Origin: Bacteroidota bacterium | GTDB lineage: Bacteria; Bacteroidota; Ignavibacteria; Kapaibacteriales; Kapaibacteriaceae | Direction: 5' to 3' | Assembly (NCBI GenBank): GCA_041157865.1 | Contig: JBEBCJ010000174.1 | Span: 1 to 44,079, forward strand | DNA length: 44,079 nt | Shown here: positions 36,831 to 44,079 of the stretch, in pieces | Layout: each line of letters begins with the position of its first letter | How positions within the stretch are numbered: position 1 is the stretch's first letter | Made by a program: the position numbers and the translations under genes | The notes under the pieces: generated by a model | What the model saw: only the letters and a program-made list of their open reading frames with translations | The model's database searches: none | What the model was told of the DNA's origin: nothing

Positions 36831-36965
36831 TGAGGGACCTTTAACTTCTGAAACAACAGTACCCCATGTACTTGGGGCCACCAAACTTACGGACCAAGGG
36901 CACTCATTCTGTAATTTTGTTGTTCTATCGACGCAACACAACATCCATCAACAACGGCAGATACA

Positions 36966-38132
36966 ATGTCATTCCAGCATCCGGATTATTTCAACATCGA
37001 CGAACTCCTTACCGAAGAAGAAAAGCTCGTTCGCCAAACCGTGCGCGACTTCGTTGACAACGAGGTACTTCCCATCATTGAGCACAGCGCGCGCGAGGGC
37101 ATCTTTCCGATGCATCTTGTGAAGAAGATGGCCGAGATCGGATTGTTTGGAATCACGCTGCCTCAGGAATACGGCTGTGCCGGACTTAACAGCACCTGCT
37201 ACGGACTAGCCATGCAGGAATTGGAGCGTGGAGATTCGGGTATCCGCTCGTTTGCCTCTGTGCAGAGTTCCCTCGTGATGTATCCGATCTACGCTTTCGG
37301 CTCCGAAGAGCAAAAGCGCAAGTGGCTTCCGAAGCTTGCCGCAGGAGAAGCCATTGGTTGCTTCGGTCTTACTGAACCAGATGCTGGATCCAATCCTGCA
37401 TCGATGATCACAAACGCCAAGAAGATCGATGGTGGCTTTTTGCTCAATGGAGCCAAGATGTGGATCACGAACGGAACACTCGCCGATGTGGCAGTGGTTT
37501 GGGCAAAACTTGACGGTGTAGTTCGCGGCTTTTTGGTCGAAAAGGGCATGAAGGGCTTCAGCGCACCAGAGATGAAGGGCAAACATTCACTCCGGGCCTC
37601 GGTCACATCCGAGCTTGTCTTTCAAGATGTTGAGCTTCCCGAAGACAGCATTCTGCCGGGAGTCGAGGGACTTCGTGGGCCACTTTCTTGCCTTACGCAG
37701 GCCCGTTATGGTATCTCATGGGGTGTGGTGGGGTCTGCCATGGCCTGCTACGACTCTTCGTTGAACTATGCAAAAAGCCGAATTACCTTCGGCAAGCCGA
37801 TCGCTGGGTACCAGATGATTCAAGAACGCCTGGTGCTGATGCTTAATGAGATCACCAAGGCCCAACTCCTGTGCTGGCGTCTCGGTAAGATCAAGGATTC
37901 CGGGAACTTACGTCCACAACAGGTGTCTCTGGCAAAGCGTAATAACTGCGAAATGGCCCTTAATATCGCCCGCATGGCACGTGAGATTCACGGCGCCAAC
38001 GGTATTCTGGATGAATATCCTATCATGAGGCACGCCGCAAACCTTGAATCTGTAAAGACATACGAAGGCACCCACGAAATGCACACTCTCATCCTGGGAC
38101 AGGACATTACCGGGCTGAGCGCGTTTTCTTGA
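36966..38132 (+). CDS. gcdH: Glutaryl-CoA dehydrogenase (acyl-CoA dehydrogenase family)
   Basis: It is collinear with GCDH as I remember it: SVQSSLVMYPIYAFGSEEQKRKWLPKLA, GCFGLTEPDAGSNP, KMWITNG, GKHSLRASVTSEL, RNNCEMALNIARMAREIHGANGI.DEY and YEGTHEMHTLILG. Confidence 0.88.
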   Translation: MSFQHPDYFNIDELLTEEEKLVRQTVRDFVDNEVLPIIEHSAREGIFPMHLVKKMAEIGLFGITLPQEYGCAGLNSTCYGLAMQELERGDSGIRSFASVQSSLVMYPIYAFGSEEQKRKWLPKLAAGEAIGCFGLTEPDAGSNPASMITNAKKIDGGFLLNGAKMWITNGTLADVAVVWAKLDGVVRGFLVEKGMKGFSAPEMKGKHSLRASVTSELVFQDVELPEDSILPGVEGLRGPLSCLTQARYGISWGVVGSAMACYDSSLNYAKSRITFGKPIAGYQMIQERLVLMLNEITKAQLLCWRLGKIKDSGNLRPQQVSLAKRNNCEMALNIARMAREIHGANGILDEYPIMRHAANLESVKTYEGTHEMHTLILGQDITGLSAFS

Positions 38133-38168
38133 CAAGTTTCTCCGTATATTTGTAACCGATTTCGAAGG

Positions 38169-38195
38169 GTGGGCGATTTCGCCCACTTTTCGTTT
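38169..38195 (+). terminator. Rho-independent terminator after gcdH
   Basis: gtgggcg (38169-38175), loop attt, cgcccac (38180-38186), followed by ttttcgttt. It lies 37 nt after the gcdH stop. Confidence 0.6.
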
Positions 38196-38233
38196 ATGCA
38201 CACGTATGACGATGCCTCTTAGAGAGGGACATT

Positions 38234-38698
38234 ATGAAGGAGACCTTACCGGATCGAATCCGGACTGTGATTGTTGATTCGTGCAACGATGCAGGAGTTT
38301 CCCTCATTGATGTCGTCATGCGAGGTCAGGCAAAGCAGCTGATCTTAGATGTTTTCATCGATGCACCTGATGGAATCACCCATGATCACTGCCGAGATGT
38401 TAGCCGCGGCATAGATGAGCGGCTGCAAGACGATGAATTTGCCGGCCGCCTTCGGGCGGTCGATGTGTCTTCGCCCGGAGCCGAGGCTCCAGTGAAGTTT
38501 CTTTGGCAGCTACAAAAACATGTTGGGCGTACGGTTCGTGTAGTGCGAACCGATGGTTCTGTGATCGAAGGCTCGCTTGCACGGGCTGATGACACAGGGC
38601 TGGACGTCCAGCCGAAACAATCGAAAAAGGAACCCAAGCCCCTTGCTACGATCCAAGCACAGGATGTACAAGAGGCAAAGGTGTTGATCACGTTCTAA
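38234..38698 (+). CDS. rimP: Ribosome maturation factor RimP
   Basis: Typical size and position upstream of nusA. The segments ...LIDVVMRGQAKQLILDVFID...GITHDHCRDVSRGI...D.....L.VSSPG fit the RimP pattern. Confidence 0.88.
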   Translation: MKETLPDRIRTVIVDSCNDAGVSLIDVVMRGQAKQLILDVFIDAPDGITHDHCRDVSRGIDERLQDDEFAGRLRAVDVSSPGAEAPVKFLWQLQKHVGRTVRVVRTDGSVIEGSLARADDTGLDVQPKQSKKEPKPLATIQAQDVQEAKVLITF

Positions 38699-38724
38699 AG
38701 GGTAGGGGGCAGCCCCTATTCGTC

Positions 38725-40197
38725 ATGGAGACGAGAAACATGGCACGTCGGAAAGTAAAACAGCAAGTCGACAACAAGAAGCTCATCATCGAGGCCTTCA
38801 ATGAGATGGCGCGTGAAAAGAGCATTGATCGCGACCTTTTGCAAGGTATCGTAGAGGAGACTCTTTCTGCGATGGTGCGCAAGAAGTACGGTCTAGAATC
38901 GAACTTCGACATCATTGTGAACATGGAGAAGGGCGACATCGAGATCTATCTCATGCGTGAGATTGTCGAAGAAGTCGAGAACCCTGAGTTGCAGATATCT
39001 GCCGAAGAAGTTCGCGAGGCCACCGGCGATGAGCCGGAGATTGGCGACGAGCACATCGAAGAGATCACGCTTGAGAACATCGCAGATTCGTTTGGACGCC
39101 GGCTTATTGCGCAGGCAATCCAGAATCTCAACCAGCGCATACGCGACGTTGAGAAAGACAACATCTACGACGAATATGCCAAGCGTGTTGGTGAAGTGAT
39201 CATCGGCGAAATCTACCAGGTGCGTCCGAACAACATCCTTGTGATGCACAATAAGGTAGAGATGCGTCTTCCACGTGAAGAGCAGATCCCAACTGAGCGC
39301 CTCAAGAAGAACCAGCAAGTAAAAGCAATACTGAAAGAAGTGCGCAGGTCGGGTGGAGCAACAGGGCTTCCGGACCTCATTCTTTCGCGTGCCGATGATT
39401 CGTTCATGGCACGACTGTTCGAGCAGGAAATCCCCGAGATCTTTGACGGAATCATCAAGATTCGTGCGATTGCACGCGAACCTGGCGAGCGTGCCAAGGT
39501 GGCTGTTACGTCGTTTGATGAGCGTGTCGATCCAGTTGGCGCCTGCGTTGGTATGAAGGGGATCCGTATCCACTCTATCGTACGCGAACTGGGCAATGAG
39601 AATATCGACATCATTGAGTTCACCGAAGACCCACGTTTGTTCATCGCCCGTGCGTTATCGCCTGCCAAGGTACGCGACGTGCAGATAAGCGAAGATGGAC
39701 GTCAGGCAGTGGTGATCGTTCCAGATGATCAGGTATCGCTTGCTATTGGCAAACAAGGACAGAATGTGCGTCTGGCTTCGAAGCTGACGGGCTACTCGCT
39801 CTCGCTTGTCAAGGAAGGGGCTGAGGATATTGAGCTGATTGAATTCCGTGACGAGATCGGACGTGAGACATTTGATCAGCTGATTCGCGCTGGAATTGAT
39901 ACAGCTCGTGAGTTTCTCGAGGCAGAACCAATGGGACTGCTTGCGATAGTTCCAAAGGACATGATCGTTCGCATACGTCGCGTTATGCTCGAGGAATTCG
40001 AAGAGCGTGAAGATCAGAACTATCTGATTGCTCTAGAGGATGCAGACCTTGCCAGGTCTACTCCGAGTGTAGTTGCAGATGATGATATTGCAGAGTCATA
40101 TGCCGAAGACACCCCAGAGGTATATGAACAAGAAGAAGGTGAGCAGGTAGAAGAGGAAGAATCCTCTGATGCCTCCACTGAACAAGGTGATGAATAA
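38725..40197 (+). CDS. nusA: Transcription termination/antitermination factor NusA
   Basis: N-terminal domain (LIIEAFNEMAREKSIDRDLL), S1 domain (GEVIIGEIYQV), KH1/KH2 (VGACVGMKGIRIHSIVRELGNENIDII, LAIGKQGQNVRLASKLTG) and an acidic C-terminal tail. An alternative ATG is at 38740. Confidence 0.95.
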   Translation: METRNMARRKVKQQVDNKKLIIEAFNEMAREKSIDRDLLQGIVEETLSAMVRKKYGLESNFDIIVNMEKGDIEIYLMREIVEEVENPELQISAEEVREATGDEPEIGDEHIEEITLENIADSFGRRLIAQAIQNLNQRIRDVEKDNIYDEYAKRVGEVIIGEIYQVRPNNILVMHNKVEMRLPREEQIPTERLKKNQQVKAILKEVRRSGGATGLPDLILSRADDSFMARLFEQEIPEIFDGIIKIRAIAREPGERAKVAVTSFDERVDPVGACVGMKGIRIHSIVRELGNENIDIIEFTEDPRLFIARALSPAKVRDVQISEDGRQAVVIVPDDQVSLAIGKQGQNVRLASKLTGYSLSLVKEGAEDIELIEFRDEIGRETFDQLIRAGIDTAREFLEAEPMGLLAIVPKDMIVRIRRVMLEEFEEREDQNYLIALEDADLARSTPSVVADDDIAESYAEDTPEVYEQEEGEQVEEEESSDASTEQGDE

Positions 40198-40208
40198 CTG
40201 AAGGTTGT

Positions 40209-43199
40209 ATGGCTGGTTCTACCGGAAATAAACTTTTTAAGGTTGCGAGTCAGATCAACATTGGTCGTGATGCAATCGTTGAGTACTTGGCGTCGAAGGG
40301 TCACAAGATCGACAACAAGGCAACGACTGTACTAACCGATGAACAGCTCGACATCGTGATCGAAAAGTTCGCGAAGGAACTTAAGTCTGCTCAAAAGCAG
40401 CGCGAAAAGGTCCAACGCCAACAAGCTGTGCGCAAGAGTCATCTTGAGCAGGGCAATGCCGTGTCCATCGACACGATCGCCGAGGCGCATGAGCGCGAGC
40501 GCGAGATCGAAGAGCGGCTAGAGCGTCCAGCTGATGCCAAGGAGCAAGTCGTTGCAGCAGCCGAACCGGTATCAGCACCGATGCAGGCCGCAGCACCGGA
40601 GCCCGAGTCCATTGCCCATGCGCGGGAAGAGCAAGAGACGCCTGCTGCCGGCCCTACAGTGGGCGCAGTGATCGACCTTTCGAAGGCTGAAGAGCTGGAG
40701 AAGATCGACGAGGCAGCACAGAAGATTGCCAAGTCCAAGAAGGGCCAGAAGGAGGCGGCAAAGCCGGCAGCCGCCAAGACCGAAGTCAAAGAAAACGCAA
40801 AAGAGGCTGCCGCTCCTGTTCCGGTTGATTCGCCAGCAGTAGCGCCAGAGGCTCCGCAGCCTGCGGCTGAAGTGCCGGCGCCTGCTACGGAAGAGGCAGC
40901 CGACAGCGATGAAAAGAAGGGCAAACGCCGTCGCAAGGGCGTGATCGAAGTAGAATACAAGCCAGGTGAAGGTGCCACGCTGCGTGGTCTGACGGTGGTT
41001 GGCAAGATCGATCTTGCACCCAAGCCACCACCGCGTCCAAAGCGCGATGAAAGGCGGCCTGGTGGTGGTGGCGGTGACCAACGCCGCGGTGCCATTGGCG
41101 ATGCACTCGCAGCTCGTGGGCGTGGTCCGGGTGGACAGCAAGGTGGTGGCGGACAATTCGGCGACTCTGCGTCACGCGGACCTGCAGGCGGTGGTGGTGG
41201 GCGTCCAAACTTTGGTCCAAATGCAACACCTGCAGCTGCCAAGAAAGACGATAAGAAGAAAAAGAAAACCAATGCCAAGGGTATGCGTACCCAGGTGTCC
41301 GACTCTGATGTTGAGCGCGCTATCCGGCAAACGCTGTCGGGTATGGAGTATGCTCCGTCGGGCGGTCGTGCCAAGCTGCGCATGCGCAAACGCCTGGAAC
41401 GGGAAGAGAAAGAAGCGATTCGCCAAGAAGAGTTGGCACGTGAAAGCTCTATCCTGCGTTTGTCGGAGTTCGTTACAACGGCAGACCTTGCCAACATGAT
41501 GCGCGTAACTGCATCCGACATCATCATGAAATGTATGGGGCTTGGTTTGATGGTTTCCATCAACCAGCGTCTCGATAAGGACACGATCATCTTGATCGCT
41601 TCCGACTACGGCTTTGAAGTTGATTTCGTTGATGATCAAGCCGAAATGGTCATCGAGGAAGAAGAAGATTCGCCGGAGTCGCTCCAAACACGATCACCTA
41701 TCGTCACAATCATGGGTCACGTAGACCATGGTAAGACGTCGCTTCTGGACTACATTCGCAACGCAAACGTGGTCGCTGGCGAGGCAGGCGGGATTACGCA
41801 GCATATCGGCGCCTATCGTGTTGAGCTCCCTAGCGGACGCTCAATCAGCTTCCTCGATACACCTGGTCACGAGGCCTTTACGGCCATGCGCGCCCGCGGT
41901 GCACAAGTCACAGACATTGTTGTGCTTGTTGTCTCTGCCGACGACAGCGTGATGCCTCAGACAATTGAGGCCATCTCGCACGCGCAGGCTGCCGGTGTGC
42001 CAATCGTTGTGGCAATCAATAAGATCGATAGGCCAGATGCAAACCCAGATCGCATTCGTCAGCAGCTTGCAGACCACGGTGTTCTCGTAGAAGACTGGGG
42101 TGGCAAGTTCCAGGTAGCTGAAGTCTCGGCAAAGACAGGACATAACGTTCCTATGCTTCTTGAGAAGATTCTTCTCGAGGCAGACTTGCTAGACCTCAAG
42201 GCAAATCCTGATCGTAATGCGAAAGCTACCGTCATTGAAGCCCACATTGATAAGGGGCGAGGCAATGTTGTTACTGTGATGGTGCAAACTGGTACACTGA
42301 ATGTTGGCGACATCTTCGTCTGCGGTCAGTTTGCTGGACGTGTTCGTGCGATGTTCGACGAACGTGGACACCGCATGGAACAGGCTGGGCCATCAATGCC
42401 GGCTCAGGTCACAGGATTTGACGGTCTGCCAAATGCAGGCGACATCCTCATGGAAATGGAGACCGACGCAGAAGCACGCGATGTAGCAACAAGACGTCAG
42501 CAGCTTCGCCGAGAACAGCAGTTCCGTGGCATGCGTCATATGACACTCGACGATATCTCTGCACAAATCCAGCAGGGTGGCGTAAAGGAACTCCGCTTGA
42601 TCGTACGCGCAGACGTAAGCGGTTCGGTAGAAGCTCTTTCGGATTCCCTCCAAAAGCTCTCAACACAAGAAGTCAAAGTCCGCATTCTCTATCGCGGTGT
42701 GGGCGCCATCTCGGAAAGCGACATCATGCTCGCATCTGCTTCAGATGCCGTTATCGTTGGTTTCCAGATCAATGTACCGCCTGCGGCCCGCAAGCTTGCA
42801 GAGGCAGAAAATGTGGATGTGCGTTTGTATTCCATCATCTACGACTGTATCAACGAAGTACAGTTGGCTCTTGAAGGCATGCTCACGCCAGACATTAAAG
42901 AAGAGATCACGTCCACGGTCGAAGTTCGAGCGATCTTTAAGATCAGCAAGCTCGGCACGATCGCAGGATGCTATGTCCAGAACGGAAAGATCACCCGCAA
43001 CGACAAGGTTCGAGTGCTTCGTGATGGATTTGAGATCTACAAGGGTACGCTTGCCTCTCTCAAGCGCATCAAGGATGACGTTCGCGAGGTCGATTCCGGT
43101 TACGAATGCGGTATAGGAGTTAATGGCTTTAACGATCTCGAAGTTGGCGACATCATTGAAGGCTACAAGACAGTTGAAGTGAAACGGAAGCTAGCGTAA
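40209..43199 (+). CDS. infB: Translation initiation factor IF-2
   Basis: G domain (IMGHVDHGKTSLLD, DTPGH, NKID), the domains that follow it, and the conserved nusA-infB-rbfA order. The N-terminal region is long and low-complexity. Confidence 0.95.
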   Translation: MAGSTGNKLFKVASQINIGRDAIVEYLASKGHKIDNKATTVLTDEQLDIVIEKFAKELKSAQKQREKVQRQQAVRKSHLEQGNAVSIDTIAEAHEREREIEERLERPADAKEQVVAAAEPVSAPMQAAAPEPESIAHAREEQETPAAGPTVGAVIDLSKAEELEKIDEAAQKIAKSKKGQKEAAKPAAAKTEVKENAKEAAAPVPVDSPAVAPEAPQPAAEVPAPATEEAADSDEKKGKRRRKGVIEVEYKPGEGATLRGLTVVGKIDLAPKPPPRPKRDERRPGGGGGDQRRGAIGDALAARGRGPGGQQGGGGQFGDSASRGPAGGGGGRPNFGPNATPAAAKKDDKKKKKTNAKGMRTQVSDSDVERAIRQTLSGMEYAPSGGRAKLRMRKRLEREEKEAIRQEELARESSILRLSEFVTTADLANMMRVTASDIIMKCMGLGLMVSINQRLDKDTIILIASDYGFEVDFVDDQAEMVIEEEEDSPESLQTRSPIVTIMGHVDHGKTSLLDYIRNANVVAGEAGGITQHIGAYRVELPSGRSISFLDTPGHEAFTAMRARGAQVTDIVVLVVSADDSVMPQTIEAISHAQAAGVPIVVAINKIDRPDANPDRIRQQLADHGVLVEDWGGKFQVAEVSAKTGHNVPMLLEKILLEADLLDLKANPDRNAKATVIEAHIDKGRGNVVTVMVQTGTLNVGDIFVCGQFAGRVRAMFDERGHRMEQAGPSMPAQVTGFDGLPNAGDILMEMETDAEARDVATRRQQLRREQQFRGMRHMTLDDISAQIQQGGVKELRLIVRADVSGSVEALSDSLQKLSTQEVKVRILYRGVGAISESDIMLASASDAVIVGFQINVPPAARKLAEAENVDVRLYSIIYDCINEVQLALEGMLTPDIKEEITSTVEVRAIFKISKLGTIAGCYVQNGKITRNDKVRVLRDGFEIYKGTLASLKRIKDDVREVDSGYECGIGVNGFNDLEVGDIIEGYKTVEVKRKLA

Positions 43200-43201
43200 C
43201 A

Positions 43202-43585
43202 GTGTCGATTCGCACAGAACGAGTAGCCGGAGAGATCCAAAAGGCACTTGCCGGCCCCCTTCGCACAATTGCCGAGGAGCTCTCTGCTGGGTTCATCTCG
43301 GTAACAGAGGTTCGTTTGTCTGCGGATCTGCAGCTGGCACGCGTGTACTTGAGTGTTTTTGGCGGACGTCGTTCCCCGGCTGAAGTGCTCGACCATCTGG
43401 ACGAACACGAGATCGGGCGTCTGCGTCACCAGCTGGCCAAGTCTGTACGCTTACGTTACACTCCTTCGCTGAAGTTCTATATCGATGATTCTCTCGACAG
43501 AGCACAACGCATAGAGGCTATCCTCGACCGCGTGCGACCTGTTGATGCAGATCAAGAAGAGGGCAATGACAACAACGGCGAATGA
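43202..43585 (+). CDS. rbfA: Ribosome-binding factor A
   Basis: The GTG start lies 2 nt after the infB stop. R.ERVAGEIQKALA, ITVTEVRLS.DLQ.A.VY.S and LRYTPSLKFYIDDS match the RbfA pattern. Confidence 0.9.
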   Translation: MSIRTERVAGEIQKALAGPLRTIAEELSAGFISVTEVRLSADLQLARVYLSVFGGRRSPAEVLDHLDEHEIGRLRHQLAKSVRLRYTPSLKFYIDDSLDRAQRIEAILDRVRPVDADQEEGNDNNGE

Positions 43586-44079
43586 TCGAATGATACTGGA
43601 TCGCTCTACCGTAGGGAAGATCGATCAGTGGTTGGAGCAAGCAAGATCGGTAGGTGCTATAGCGCTCATTGACAAAGAAGAAACGTGGACATCGTTTGAC
43701 TGTGTCGCAAAGGTCCGCAACATGTCTCGTATCAAGCGAGTGGGACATGCAGGTACACTCGACCCCCTTGCAACGGGGCTGCTGGTTCTTTGCTTTGGTA
43801 AGGCCACCAAAGACATTGCCATGCTCCAGGAAGATGTCAAAGTCTATGATGTAGACATCCTACTCGGTGCTACCTCCACTACTGACGACCGCGGTGGCGA
43901 GGTCGTTGATAATGATGCTGCCGAGGTCGATGCTGATGCTATTTGTACAGCACTCCAAAGCTTTGTGGGACTCATCCAACAAACACCTCCTGCATTCAGT
44001 GCTGTGCGCCACCAAGGTAAAAGGCAGTATGACCTTGCCCGCGAAGGCAAAGACTTTACACCTAAGGTGCGCGAGGTTA
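43566..44079 (+). CDS. truB: tRNA pseudouridine(55) synthase TruB, 5' partial (runs off the window end)
   Basis: This ORF is absent from the supplied track because it has no stop inside the window. Frame 3 from the ATG at 43566 reads ...LIDKEETWTSFDCVAKVRNMSRIKRVGHAGTLDPLATGLLVLCFGKATK...PPAFSAV...G.R.YDLAREG, which includes the catalytic GHxGTLDPxAxG motif. It overlaps the rbfA 3' end by 20 nt; an alternative ATG is at 43590. Confidence 0.9.
   Translation, partial: MTTTANDRMILDRSTVGKIDQWLEQARSVGAIALIDKEETWTSFDCVAKVRNMSRIKRVGHAGTLDPLATGLLVLCFGKATKDIAMLQEDVKVYDVDILLGATSTTDDRGGEVVDNDAAEVDADAICTALQSFVGLIQQTPPAFSAVRHQGKRQYDLAREGKDFTPKVREV

Noticed and set aside
36912-36919. Bacteroidota-type -7 promoter motif TAnnTTTG (TAATTTTG) 47 nt upstream of gcdH; a second instance (TATCTTTG, 30650-30657) lies 11 nt upstream of ppx
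   Set aside because: A motif with 6 fixed bases is expected about 10 times per strand by chance in 44 kb. I cannot distinguish these from background without transcription start site data, and the lineage may not use that sigma-factor consensus.
36831-36965. c-di-AMP (ydaO-type) riboswitch upstream of kup
   Set aside because: The spacer is only 135 bp and is shared with the divergent gcdH promoter. I cannot find the long pseudo-symmetric conserved core. I kept it only as a low-interest possible structured leader.
38703-38718. Small hairpin (tagggg-gcag-ccccta) between rimP and nusA
   Set aside because: The stem is only 6 bp, there is no U-tract, and it lies inside a conserved operon. It is unlikely to be a terminator and nothing more can be said from the sequence.
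40439-41590. 383-aa (and nested 194-, 171- and 114-aa) minus-strand ORFs
   Set aside because: They are antisense to the low-complexity N-terminal region of infB. The products are Ala/Ser/Pro/Arg-rich, as expected from reverse-reading GAA/GCN/AAG-rich coding DNA. They are not genes.

Overview
This is a dense, almost fully coding 44-kb chromosomal window with about 31 CDSs. Most intergenic gaps are under 100 bp. By eye I found no rRNA, tRNA, CRISPR array, transposase, integrase or phage gene, and no non-coding gap large enough to hide a sizeable RNA gene.

The backbone is housekeeping: rimP-nusA-infB-rbfA-truB, secD-secF-purA, trmB-aat, a class A PBP, ppx, an HtrA protease, kup, gcdH and kmo. 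Between these lie large secreted proteins. Three of them end in recognisable type IX secretion (T9SS) C-terminal sorting domains. Some genes have Shine-Dalgarno-like motifs, and several conserved genes only make sense with GTG/TTG starts. Together this points to an FCB-group organism (Ignavibacteriota/Bacteroidota-like). That placement is inference only.

I do not see a canonical defence island or mobile island. The observations I rank highest are:
1. A KUP-family K+ transporter carries a roughly 96-aa PDZ-like domain inserted in-frame between two conserved transmembrane helices.
2. A TonB-dependent receptor is followed 22 bp later by a 1335-aa T9SS cargo protein built from an ancient internal duplication. 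One 58-codon stretch is amino-acid-identical in both copies although 32 of the 58 codons differ synonymously.
3. An 8-gene minus-strand operon has abutting or overlapping gene junctions (three ATGA overlaps). It places a class A PBP between an OmpA/TolB-like lipoprotein and two unknown lipoproteins.
4. Two T9SS cargo proteins, one with a glycine-rich N-terminus and one with a BNR-propeller N-terminus, share the same C-terminal cassette.

All functional readings of these four are hypotheses that need HMM, structure and synteny checks I cannot run here.
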